From positions 2,399 through 66,398 of the forward strand of contig JAZKEQ010000013.1 of NCBI GenBank assembly GCA_040386935.1: a stretch of 64,000 nucleotides of DNA. Reading direction: 5' to 3'. Positions within the stretch are counted from its first letter, which is position 1, and each line of letters begins with the position of its first letter. Shown piece after piece: positions 19,100 to 27,304 of the stretch. Both the position numbers and the translations under genes were made by a program. The notes under the pieces were generated by a model. It was not told where the DNA came from, did no database searches, and saw only the letters and a list, made by a program, of their open reading frames with translations. This DNA is from Bacteroidota bacterium (GTDB lineage: Bacteria > Bacteroidota > Bacteroidia > NS11-12g > UBA955).

Positions 19100-21229
19100 A
19101 TGAAGTCAACCCTGTTATTTGCCCCTGTGATTGCATTGGCACTTACTGCCTGTAACAATCCCAACAAAACTGTGACCCAAGCCCCTATGAAATACCCTTT
19201 TACTGACACCAGCAATGCAGCCGACACATTCTTCGGCAAAATAATTCCCGACCCTTATCACTGGCTCGAAGATGATCTTTCAGAGAAAACCAAAGCATGG
19301 ATAGATTCTCAGAACAACCTCACCTTTGGCTACCTTTCAAAAATCCCCTACCGCGAACAATTGCGCAAACGCCTCGAAGACATCTGGAACTACGAACGTT
19401 TCTCGGCTCCTTTCAACGAAGGCAAATACACTTACTACTACAAAAATGACGGGCTGCAAAGTCAAAGCGTCTTATACCGTCAGATTGGCTCCGGTACACC
19501 TGAAATATTTCTGGACCCCAATCAGTTTTCACCCGATGGCACCACTTCTTTAGGCGGTATCGACTTTAGCAAGGACGGCAGTTTGGTAGCATATCAAATA
19601 AGCGAAGGTGGCAGCGACTGGCGCAAGGTTATCGTATTGAATGCTGAGACTAAAGCAGTAATAGAAGATACATTGATAGATGTAAAATTCAGTGGCCTTT
19701 CATGGAGAGGTAATGAAGGTTTTTATTACAGCAGCTACGACAAACCAAAGGGCAGTGAGCTGTCTGCCAAAACAGATCAACACAAATTGTATTTCCACAA
19801 ATTGGGCGAACCGCAGAGCAAAGATCAGTTGATATTCGGTGGCAGCAAAACACCCAGACGCTATGTTGGTGGTGGCGTTTCTGAAGATGAAAATTTCCTC
19901 ATTATTTCTGCCTCTACATCTACCAACGGCAATGAATTATACATACAAGACTTAAGACAAAAAAACGGCCCTATTCGCAACATTGTGAATCACTGTGACA
20001 ACAACAACGACATTGTACATACAGAAGGTAATACATTGTTCATCATCACAGATTTCAAAGCACCGAATATGCGTTTGGTAAAAGTAGATGTTGCCAATCC
20101 GGCTCCCGACCAATGGACCGATGTGATACCTGAAACTGATATGCCTTTAACCATAAGCACAGGTGGGGGCAAATTATTTGCTTCATATCTAAAAGATGCC
20201 TGCAGTCAATTACTCCAATACAATCTAGAAGGTAAGATGGAGAAAGAAATTGCATTGCCCGGCAAAGGCAGTGCCAGTGGCATTAGTGGCAAATGGGAAG
20301 AAACTACTTTGTATTATACCTATACCAGTTATATTTATCCTTCAACCATTTTTTCATTTAATGTAGGCAGTGGTCAATCAGAATTATACAAAAAATCGGG
20401 TATTAAGTTCGACCCAACAGGTTATGAATCCAAGCAGGTATTTTATACAAGCAAAGACGGCACTAAAATCCCGATGATGATTACCCATAAAAAAGGAATG
20501 AAAATGGATGGCAAGAATCCGATGTTGCTTTATGGCTATGGCGGATTCAATATCAGTTTAACACCTGCATTCAGCACTGCAATGGTGGCGTGGCTCGAAG
20601 CCGGTGGTGTGTATGCAGTTCCCAACATCAGAGGTGGTGGCGAATATGGCAAAGAATGGCACGATGCAGGTATACAAATGAAAAAACAAAATGTATTCAA
20701 TGATTTTACCGCTGCTGCTGAATGGCTGATTAAAGAAAAATACACCTCATCTGACTACCTGGCCATATCAGGCGGATCTAATGGCGGTTTATTAGTAGGC
20801 GCTTGCATGACTCAAAGACCAGAATTGTTCAGAGTGGCTTTGCCGGCTGTAGGTGTGCTTGATATGTTGCGTTACCATAAATTCACTGCTGGTGCCGGAT
20901 GGTCGTACGACTACGGAACAGCTGAAGATTCTGTTGAAATGTTGAATTACCTGCTCACCTATTCCCCATATCACAATTTACATAAAGGCAAAAACTATCC
21001 GGCTACCATGGTAACCACAGGCGACCATGACGACCGCGTAGTGCCTGCTCATTCATTTAAGTTTGCGGCAAGACTGCAATCTGTGAACGATGGCCCTAAC
21101 CCTACCCTTATCCGTATTGAAACAAAAGCTGGCCATGGTGCAGGGAAACCAACGGCTATGGTGATAGAAGAATATGCCGACCGGTTTGCATTTGCCCTAT
21201 ACAATATGGGTATAATGGACATTAAATAG
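19100..21229 (+). CDS. prolyl oligopeptidase (S9A serine peptidase), lipoprotein/secreted
   Basis: ORF starts at TTG 19091, with an ATG at 19100 (MKSTLLFAPVIALALTAC). DPYHWLED at the N-terminus, catalytic GGSNGGLL, and DDRV..AHS.KF at the C-terminus. Confidence 0.9.
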   Translation: MKSTLLFAPVIALALTACNNPNKTVTQAPMKYPFTDTSNAADTFFGKIIPDPYHWLEDDLSEKTKAWIDSQNNLTFGYLSKIPYREQLRKRLEDIWNYERFSAPFNEGKYTYYYKNDGLQSQSVLYRQIGSGTPEIFLDPNQFSPDGTTSLGGIDFSKDGSLVAYQISEGGSDWRKVIVLNAETKAVIEDTLIDVKFSGLSWRGNEGFYYSSYDKPKGSELSAKTDQHKLYFHKLGEPQSKDQLIFGGSKTPRRYVGGGVSEDENFLIISASTSTNGNELYIQDLRQKNGPIRNIVNHCDNNNDIVHTEGNTLFIITDFKAPNMRLVKVDVANPAPDQWTDVIPETDMPLTISTGGGKLFASYLKDACSQLLQYNLEGKMEKEIALPGKGSASGISGKWEETTLYYTYTSYIYPSTIFSFNVGSGQSELYKKSGIKFDPTGYESKQVFYTSKDGTKIPMMITHKKGMKMDGKNPMLLYGYGGFNISLTPAFSTAMVAWLEAGGVYAVPNIRGGGEYGKEWHDAGIQMKKQNVFNDFTAAAEWLIKEKYTSSDYLAISGGSNGGLLVGACMTQRPELFRVALPAVGVLDMLRYHKFTAGAGWSYDYGTAEDSVEMLNYLLTYSPYHNLHKGKNYPATMVTTGDHDDRVVPAHSFKFAARLQSVNDGPNPTLIRIETKAGHGAGKPTAMVIEEYADRFAFALYNMGIMDIK

Positions 21230-21500
21230 GCTGATTATTTTCATTAGGAAAATACTTTTATCAAATTGCGAAATTTAATCACTTTTATCGTGAAGCGATA
21301 AATAGGGAATAATCCGAATGGTGTGCAATAGTTGCTGATTCACCTTGCTTTTATTCCTGTTCGGCTCCGGGTGCTTATTTCAGATTGAAATGTAGTACCA
21401 TATTTGAAAAATTATGTGCACAGAGCAATGCTTCAGTATTGTTTCACTTGGTGCATCGCTGTGAAGTTTCTTACAATTAACATTTTAAAACCTTACTACG

Positions 21501-22094
21501 ATGAAACATGCAATATTTACCCTGCTATTGTTACTTTGCCTTAATAGTGTGCAAGGTACTACTTGGACAATCACCAATGTGGCCAATACTTTTTCACCGG
21601 CTACACTTACCATTCAATTCGGTGACTCCGTTATATTTTCTATCTCATCTTCTCACGATGCTTTAGAAATCAGTAATGAAACATGGAATACCAATGGCAC
21701 CACCCCGATTTCGGGCGGATTTGAAGTGCCCTTTGGTGGCGGCATTTTAGCACCCTCCGATTTAGGTGTCGGCACTCATTATTACATTTGTACTGCCCAT
21801 GCAGCAATGGAAATGAAAGGAATTATTATTGTGGAATCTGCAACGGGTATAGAACCGATGGTACCACTCCCCTATTTTATTTTATATCCAAATCCATGTA
21901 CCAATTTTATCACCATCGATTATGGATCTGAAAACTGTCATTATCTCATCATTAATTTTATGGGTCAACCGGTTAAATCTGCATTATTGACAAAAGGCGT
22001 CAATCTCATAGAATTATCTAACCTACCATCCGGTTTTTATTTTGTAAGCGTAATCGAACGCCCATCATACAGATATACACTTGTTAAACACTAA
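21501..22094 (+). CDS. cupredoxin (plastocyanin/azurin-like blue copper protein) with T9SS type-A C-terminal sorting domain
   Basis: 197 aa with a signal peptide. Type-1 Cu ligand pattern SSHD ... YYICTAHAAMEM (C-x2-H-x4-M). C-terminal LYPNPCTNFITIDY...LPSGFYFVSV is a T9SS CTD signature. Confidence 0.7.
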   Translation: MKHAIFTLLLLLCLNSVQGTTWTITNVANTFSPATLTIQFGDSVIFSISSSHDALEISNETWNTNGTTPISGGFEVPFGGGILAPSDLGVGTHYYICTAHAAMEMKGIIIVESATGIEPMVPLPYFILYPNPCTNFITIDYGSENCHYLIINFMGQPVKSALLTKGVNLIELSNLPSGFYFVSVIERPSYRYTLVKH

Positions 22095-22124
22095 TCCTTC
22101 AATAACCAACTAAATTTAACCATT

Positions 22125-22280
22125 ATGAACAGATTGCTTTATACCCTGGCCATTATTCTCCTTGTACTATGGGCCATTGGCTACTTTACTACCAATATTG
22201 GCAGTATTATCCATATACTATTAGTAATTGCAATAATCGCCATTCTTCTCCGTGTAATTAAGGGAAGAGATCCTCTCTAA
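22125..22280 (+). CDS. lmo0937-family small membrane protein (51 aa; below the ORF-track size cut-off)
   Basis: ATG at 22125, TAA at 22278-22280. Product MNRLLYTLAIILLVLWAIGYFTTNIGSIIHILLVIAIIAILLRVIKGRDPL is nearly co-linear with the product of 24218..24370. Confidence 0.7.
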   Translation: MNRLLYTLAIILLVLWAIGYFTTNIGSIIHILLVIAIIAILLRVIKGRDPL

Positions 22281-22319
22281 ATACTTACAAATTAATGTTT
22301 AACCTAAATAACAAACATC

Positions 22320-22607
22320 ATGAAAAAATCAATTTTAATCATCCTTGTACTCCTGGCATTTGCAATCGTTCCAATGAAAAGCTATGCAAGTAAAGCACAA
22401 CATGAAAGTGCTAATGAATCTTTAAATGTTTCTCACATTGAAGATAAAAAAGGAGAAAACGCTAAAACAGAAGTCATAATACATGAAGATGAAACAGCGC
22501 CTGATAAAAGCGAAATTAAAGAGCAATCAAATGCTGTAGGTGGTGGCGTATATATTTCGGCCGGCAGTCTTATTCTCATCATTGTTTTATTAATTATTTT
22601 TCTATAA
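22320..22607 (+). CDS. hypothetical secreted protein with C-terminal GGGVYISAG plus hydrophobic tail (paralog of 25540..25833)
   Basis: 95 aa with signal MKKSILIILVLLAFAIVPMKSYA, a charged low-complexity middle, and an end of [22 protein letters not shown]. Confidence 0.6.
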   Translation: MKKSILIILVLLAFAIVPMKSYASKAQHESANESLNVSHIEDKKGENAKTEVIIHEDETAPDKSEIKEQSNAVGGGVYISAGSLILIIVLLIIFL

Positions 22608-22650
22608 TTTTCAAGTAGAAACGTTATCCGTACATCTTTACTGAATTTAA

Positions 22651-22689
22651 AGAAAGCTATAGCAACAAAACTATAGCTTTCTTCATTTT
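22651..22689 (+). terminator. rho-independent terminator
   Basis: Perfect 12-bp stem agaaagctatag / ctatagctttct with an 8-nt loop, followed by tcatttt. Lies 44 nt after the stop at 22607. Confidence 0.65.
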
Positions 22690-22935
22690 GGAGACTCTAA
22701 AATTATAAGTTGAAAGATTGTCGACCGAAAAAAAATAATTGGTAAATTGTGCAATCGGATTCCGTAAAATACTATTTTTAATATTAAATAATTTATCGCC
22801 CTTTTTTTCATATTTTAAATTTGTTTAGTAAAACCTTATATTTGATAATTCACCTTTGCTCAAAAAATAAAAATATGAATTTTATATTTCAAGGTTTAAT
22901 TTTTAGCACAAGCATCAATTAACTGCAATCACAGA

Positions 22936-23541
22936 GTGCTTAAACACTTACCCATATTGTTAATTTATTCAAGATTGTTAATTGGCTGCCTGTTGTTATA
23001 CCTCAGTTTTACCGATATAGCGCATTACCCGACCATTGCCATCCTACTTTTTACCCTTGGTTTACTTACCGATATTTTTGATGGCATCATAGCCCGGAGA
23101 CTCGGCATATCGACTCAGCGTTTGCGTAGACTCGATTCGAGCATTGATCAGATTTTTTTTATATGTGTGGCGATTGCAACGTATATCCAATGTCCTGTTT
23201 TCTTTCAATCACATCTCACGGAAATAATCCTGCTTATTTCTTTTGAGGCTCTTACCTATTTGATTTGTTTCATTAAATTTAAAAAGGAAGTGGCCACCCA
23301 TGCCATATCATCCAAGATATGGACCTTGATTTTATTTGCCTCAATGATTCAGATTATGGGAACCTGTGATTCAGGTTGGCTTTTTCAAATTGCTATTTAT
23401 TTAGGATTGCTTACACGACTCGAGATTATGGCAATTATAATCACCATCAGAACCTGGACAAATGATGTACCGAGCATTTATCATGCTGTACAATTAAGAA
23501 AAGGGCTACCCATCAAGCGACACAAACTATTTAACGGGTAA
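22936..23541 (+). CDS. CDP-alcohol phosphatidyltransferase family protein
   Basis: 201 aa with a GTG start and multiple TM helices. Motif DIFDGIIARRLGISTQRLRRLDSSIDQ approximates D-x2-DG-x2-AR...D-x3-D. Confidence 0.65.
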   Translation: MLKHLPILLIYSRLLIGCLLLYLSFTDIAHYPTIAILLFTLGLLTDIFDGIIARRLGISTQRLRRLDSSIDQIFFICVAIATYIQCPVFFQSHLTEIILLISFEALTYLICFIKFKKEVATHAISSKIWTLILFASMIQIMGTCDSGWLFQIAIYLGLLTRLEIMAIIITIRTWTNDVPSIYHAVQLRKGLPIKRHKLFNG

Positions 23542-23579
23542 CACAGACAAGTTACATTTTTTCATTACATCAACTTTCA

Positions 23580-23747
23580 TCAAGCTTTGCACTTTTTCCT
23601 GAATTCATTGGGGCTGATACCCTCTGCCTGTTTAAATAATTTACTGAAATAAGATTCGTCTTCAAAGTCGAGCTTGTAGGCTATTTCCTTTACACTCTGG
23701 TCGGATGGATACAGCAATTTATTGGCTGCATGATTTCTACTTTTACA
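23580..23747 (-). pseudogene. remnant of an AraC-family regulator gene (only the last HTH retained)
   Basis: Minus-strand translation CKSRNHAANKLLYPSDQSVKEIAYKLDFEDESYFSKLFKQAEGISPNEFRKKCKA* (stop at 23580-23582) matches the AraC C-terminal HTH signature. It is preceded immediately by an in-frame TAA and has no start codon. Confidence 0.55.
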
Positions 23748-23845
23748 TTACAAAAGTAGGATAAGAAACCGGCCAGTGTATATGATAAAATTCATTTTTT
23801 ATCACAAAATTGTTCTTATAAAATGGGGTAAAGCTACTTCCAACT

Positions 23846-23909
23846 GTGAATTATGTAAGCATTCTAGTGAAATGTGTAAGACTTAAAGGTGTTGCATTAT
23901 TCATCTTTG
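23846..23909 (+). promoter_or_regulatory. copy A of the conserved 64-bp tripartite promoter/operator element
   Basis: GTGAATTATGTAAG-N7-GTGAAATGTGTAAG-N23-TCTTTG. The same layout and spacing occur at 25425 and 30374. It ends 25 nt before the ATG at 23934. Confidence 0.6.
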
Positions 23910-23933
23910 CATAGTTAATAAACAATCAAAATC

Positions 23934-24149
23934 ATGGAAAATAATCAACAAAGCAGCAGCGAGCCATTCAGCATTACAGGCGACTGGGACATCCAATCAA
24001 TTGCATTAAAAGAAAAGTATCCGCAACTGACGGATGCCGACTTGTTATTTGAAGCGGGTAAAGAAGACGAATTAATTGGCAGAATCGAATCACGTTTAAA
24101 TATAAATCGCAGCGAAATCATTAATATTTTAACTACGCCTGCGCTGTAA
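23934..24149 (+). CDS. CsbD-like general stress protein
   Basis: 71 aa. The pattern GDWD......LKEKYPQLTDADLLFEAGKEDELIGRI fits the CsbD/YjbJ-like small stress proteins. Confidence 0.5.
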   Translation: MENNQQSSSEPFSITGDWDIQSIALKEKYPQLTDADLLFEAGKEDELIGRIESRLNINRSEIINILTTPAL

Positions 24150-24217
24150 AACCATCCACCATGGCAAAATCAACTCAATATCCATTTCCATATTATATAG
24201 AATACAAAAAAAAACAC

Positions 24218-24370
24218 ATGAATAATCTACTTTATACCATTGCTATCATCCTTTTAATTATTTGGGCGATTGGCTACTTTTCATACAACACCGGCAATAT
24301 CATTCACATTTTATTAGTCATTGCTGTTATCGCTATACTTTTACGTGTAATCAGAGGCAGAGACATTTAG
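24218..24370 (+). CDS. lmo0937-family small membrane protein (50 aa)
   Basis: ORF 24161..24370. The internal ATG at 24218 gives MNNLLYTIAIILLIIWAIGYFSYNTGNIIHILLVIAVIAILLRVIRGRDI, co-linear with the 22125..22280 product. Confidence 0.65.
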   Translation: MNNLLYTIAIILLIIWAIGYFSYNTGNIIHILLVIAVIAILLRVIRGRDI

Positions 24371-24374
24371 TATT

Positions 24375-24641
24375 ATGAGTAAAAATAACAATACAGCTAA
24401 AGTCATTGGTGCTTTGGCTGTAGGCTTACTTGCCGGATCGGCCTTAGGAATGCTGTTTGCGCCTGATAAAGGTGCAATGACACGCAGAAATATTTCTGAT
24501 GGCTTAAAAGGTATGGCTCAGCGTATCAAAGACCCATTCAATAGCGCAAAAATACAATTGGCTATCGAGCAAAAGTTGCAGAAACAATGGGAAAAGAACC
24601 ATGACATTGTTTCTGGCAATCAAACAGAGCATAATTACTAA
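24375..24641 (+). CDS. YtxH domain-containing protein
   Basis: 88 aa. The N-terminus KVIGALAVGLLAGSALGMLFAPDKGAMTRR is the YtxH signature (TM helix plus LFAP..G...R). Confidence 0.7.
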   Translation: MSKNNNTAKVIGALAVGLLAGSALGMLFAPDKGAMTRRNISDGLKGMAQRIKDPFNSAKIQLAIEQKLQKQWEKNHDIVSGNQTEHNY

Positions 24642-24683
24642 CGTACAATTTATCCAGTTAAAATACTTAATGCACAACTACAA

Positions 24684-25028
24684 ATGAATGAACCAGGATC
24701 AACAGAAGAAATTACCGAGAGTTTAAAAACTTATATTAACAACTATTATGAGTTAATCAAACTACAAGCGACTGAAAGGGCATCTGTCATTGGCAGTGCA
24801 TTAATTAGCGGATTTTTGATTGTAATGACCGTATTTCTCATCATTTTATTCTGCAGTCTTGGTGCAGGTTTTTACCTGTCTCAATGTTTTAACAATAATT
24901 ATATTGGATTTGTTATCGTTGCCGGGTTTTACCTGATATTGTCATTAATCATCATTTTGAATAAGAAAAAAATGATCGACACCCCCATGAGAGACAGAAT
25001 CATCAGAAAAATGCTGCAAGAGGATTAA
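24684..25028 (+). CDS. two-TM membrane protein, Holin-X/DUF1469-like ('phage holin family' annotation type)
   Basis: 114 aa with an amphipathic N-terminus (YYELIKLQATERAS) followed by two long TM helices. This type commonly travels with YtxH genes. It is not evidence of a prophage. Confidence 0.45.
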   Translation: MNEPGSTEEITESLKTYINNYYELIKLQATERASVIGSALISGFLIVMTVFLIILFCSLGAGFYLSQCFNNNYIGFVIVAGFYLILSLIIILNKKKMIDTPMRDRIIRKMLQED

Positions 25029-25050
25029 ATCTATTTAATGAGCCTATTCT

Positions 25051-25428
25051 ATGGATAATACAGAAATCAAAGACTATACAGATTTAATGATAAGCATTAA
25101 ACTGCTGAAAGAAAAAAAATTCAGACAGGAAACTGAACTCAAGTCTATTTTTAAAAACTTCGCCAATGCCCATGATCCTATTTCAATTTTAAAAGGATCC
25201 ATTAAGTCAATTTCGTCAAATAGAGAAATTCAAGGTGATTTGTTAAAAGTCACCATCAACACAGGTGTTCATTACTTGATGGGTAAAATTTTAAATAGAA
25301 ATCTGCCAATTAAAGACTTTCTGAGTTCCGTAATGGTGGAAAAAATATCGACAACACTTACGAATATCAATATCACAGGGCTTATTGCCAAAGGCATAGC
25401 CTTTATTAATCCAAAAAAGAATCAGTGA
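25051..25428 (+). CDS. hypothetical protein
   Basis: 125-aa ORF in an operon-like array (22-nt gap from the previous gene). No motif recognised. Confidence 0.45.
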   Translation: MDNTEIKDYTDLMISIKLLKEKKFRQETELKSIFKNFANAHDPISILKGSIKSISSNREIQGDLLKVTINTGVHYLMGKILNRNLPIKDFLSSVMVEKISTTLTNINITGLIAKGIAFINPKKNQ

Positions 25429-25488
25429 ATTATGTAATGAATTCATTGAAATGTATAATCATTCCAATAGCCATTACACCCACCTTTG
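25425..25488 (+). promoter_or_regulatory. copy B of the conserved 64-bp tripartite promoter/operator element
   Basis: GTGAATTATGTAAT-N7-TTGAAATGTATAAT-N23-CCTTTG. The GTGAA overlaps the TGA stop of the upstream gene (25426-25428). Confidence 0.6.
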
Positions 25489-25539
25489 TATCCGAATCAT
25501 TTGAATATCCAAATGAACAACAACCAAATCAAATATAAA

Positions 25540-25833
25540 ATGAAAAAATCAATCATCACAGCCTTTATTGTTATTGTAAGCATGTTTGCAATTCCGGTAC
25601 AATCATTTGCAGGTAATGCAGTAAATTCAAAAAGTTCAAGCACAATGAACAGCGAAGAATTTTCCGGTTCAGAGCAATCAACTTCTGACAAATCTGTAAG
25701 AACTAGCCCAACAACTCAGTCAGAAAAATCAAAGAAAGAAAACACAACAGCCAACCAGAGCATAGGCGGTGGTGTTTATATTTCAGCCGGTGCTATCATA
25801 TTGATTATCGTACTGATTATCATCCTTCTTTAA
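25540..25833 (+). CDS. hypothetical secreted protein with C-terminal GGGVYISAG plus hydrophobic tail (paralog of 22320..22607)
   Basis: ORF 25486..25833 starts at a TTG inside the regulatory element. The ATG at 25540 gives [24 protein letters not shown]..., an S/T/E-rich middle, and an end of [22 protein letters not shown]. Confidence 0.6.
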   Translation: MKKSIITAFIVIVSMFAIPVQSFAGNAVNSKSSSTMNSEEFSGSEQSTSDKSVRTSPTTQSEKSKKENTTANQSIGGGVYISAGAIILIIVLIIILL

Positions 25834-25837
25834 AACT

Positions 25838-26128
25838 ATGGAAAACTCAAATAACACAATGAAACTAATCGGAGCCCTCATTTTAGGGGGGGTGACCGGT
25901 GCTGCTCTGGGTATTTTGTTTGCACCTGACAAAGGCAGCAATACAAGAAGTAAATTAATGACCGGTGCTAAAGACATGATTGGTGATATAAGCAATAAAT
26001 TAAAGGAAGAAGCCAGAATATTAAGAGGTAAGGCTGAAGAACTGGAAGCACTTGCGGAAGAAAAAATTGCGGTCTTAAAACAAAAAGCAGATTCATTATT
26101 AAATAAAGAACCTGAACAAAGCACTTAA
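25838..26128 (+). CDS. YtxH domain-containing protein
   Basis: 96 aa with [32 protein letters not shown] followed by a coiled-coil-like tail. Second YtxH gene in the island. Confidence 0.7.
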   Translation: MENSNNTMKLIGALILGGVTGAALGILFAPDKGSNTRSKLMTGAKDMIGDISNKLKEEARILRGKAEELEALAEEKIAVLKQKADSLLNKEPEQST

Positions 26129-26160
26129 ACTTCTTAACGCTTTTTAATCTGTATACATAA

Positions 26161-26186
26161 AATGCGAACAATCTTTTGTTCGCATT
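26161..26186 (+). terminator. perfect hairpin (terminator/attenuator-like) between the YtxH gene and the AI-2E transporter gene
   Basis: aatgcgaacaa-tctt-ttgttcgcatt is an 11-bp perfect stem with a 4-nt loop. The trailing U-tract is weak (atcattt). It lies inside the ORF-track N-terminal extension of 26162..27304. Confidence 0.4.
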
Positions 26187-26209
26187 ATCATTTAAAAAGC
26201 ATCCCATTC

Positions 26210-27304
26210 ATGGAACCAGTTAAAATTCCTTTTTACGCCAAAGCATCGCTGATATTTATCGGCATGTTTGCATTTATCAGCATGCTGTATATTGCTCAGA
26301 AAATCATTCTCCCTATTATTTTTTCTGTCATCATTGCTATTGTCATGAGCCCATTGGTTGATTTTCTTGTCAGAAAAAAATTCAATCGCGTATTCGCTAT
26401 TTTCACGGCACTGATTATAGTGGGATGTGTTACATTTAGTTGTATTTTCACCATATCTACACAATTAAGTATTTTCGGACAATCATTCCCTCAATTCATT
26501 GATAAACTCTATCTGTCACTTGACAACACTGTTCTATGGATAGCTGACAATTCATCTATTAGCGCTCAAAAGTGCAATGAGTTCATTGCGTATTCAAAAA
26601 ATGAGATACTCAATCTTGGTAAATCATCAATAGGTGCCACCATTTCATCCATAGGAGACATGATCATTATTCTGGTATTAATCCCTGTTTATGTGTTCAT
26701 GTTTTTATTTTACAGACCCTTACTTCTCGACTTTATTCGCAGCGTATTTGGGGAAGTCCATCAGGTAGAAGTGAATGCCGTTTTGAATTCTACCAAAAGA
26801 ATTGTGCAACAATATTTGATTGCTTTGCTGTTTGAAGCCATTATAGTTGCCATCCTGAATACGAGTGGCCTATTGATTATAGGCATTGATCATGCAATCA
26901 TTCTCGGCATCATTGGGGCATTATTAAATATTATTCCGTACATCGGTGGCATAATAGCCGTATCTTTACCCATGATAGTAGCGTATACCACCAAATCCTC
27001 CCCCAGTTTTGCGCTACTGGTTTTACTGCTCTATGGGGTCATTCAGTTTATTGACAACAATTACATTATCCCAAAACTAGTCGCTTCAAAAGTCAAAATA
27101 AATGCATTGGTATCTATTGTTGTCGTAATTGCAGGTAGTGCCTTATGGGGCATACCCGGCATGTTTCTTTCCATACCATTGACAGCCATTATCAAAGTGA
27201 TATTTGACCATATCGAACAACTTAAGCCATGGGGATTATTGCTCGGAGACACATTGCCAAAAATTACCATTTTTAAAATTAAGTTAAATTACAAAAAATC
27301 ATGA
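26210..27304 (+). CDS. AI-2E family transporter (PerM/UPF0118 permease)
   Basis: I prefer the ATG at 26210 (MEPVKIPFYAKASLIFIGMF...), downstream of the hairpin. Polytopic, with LLNIIPYIGGIIA, typical of the family. Confidence 0.75.
   Translation: MEPVKIPFYAKASLIFIGMFAFISMLYIAQKIILPIIFSVIIAIVMSPLVDFLVRKKFNRVFAIFTALIIVGCVTFSCIFTISTQLSIFGQSFPQFIDKLYLSLDNTVLWIADNSSISAQKCNEFIAYSKNEILNLGKSSIGATISSIGDMIIILVLIPVYVFMFLFYRPLLLDFIRSVFGEVHQVEVNAVLNSTKRIVQQYLIALLFEAIIVAILNTSGLLIIGIDHAIILGIIGALLNIIPYIGGIIAVSLPMIVAYTTKSSPSFALLVLLLYGVIQFIDNNYIIPKLVASKVKINALVSIVVVIAGSALWGIPGMFLSIPLTAIIKVIFDHIEQLKPWGLLLGDTLPKITIFKIKLNYKKS

Noticed and set aside
21400-21470. TGTAGT ... TGTGCA and a minus-strand TGTAAG near the cupredoxin gene start, considered as a further element copy.
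   Set aside because: The repeat spacing is 24 nt rather than 21, there is no GTGAA partner, and no CTTTG box sits at the fixed distance.
22824-22858. Possible fourth copy of the tripartite element: TTCACCTTTGC at 22849-22859, upstream of the CDP-alcohol phosphatidyltransferase gene.
   Set aside because: Only the CCTTTG box is present. The positions 29 and 50 nt upstream read TTTAGT and TTTTTT instead of TRTAAK, and there is no GTGAA. It may be an ordinary promoter box.
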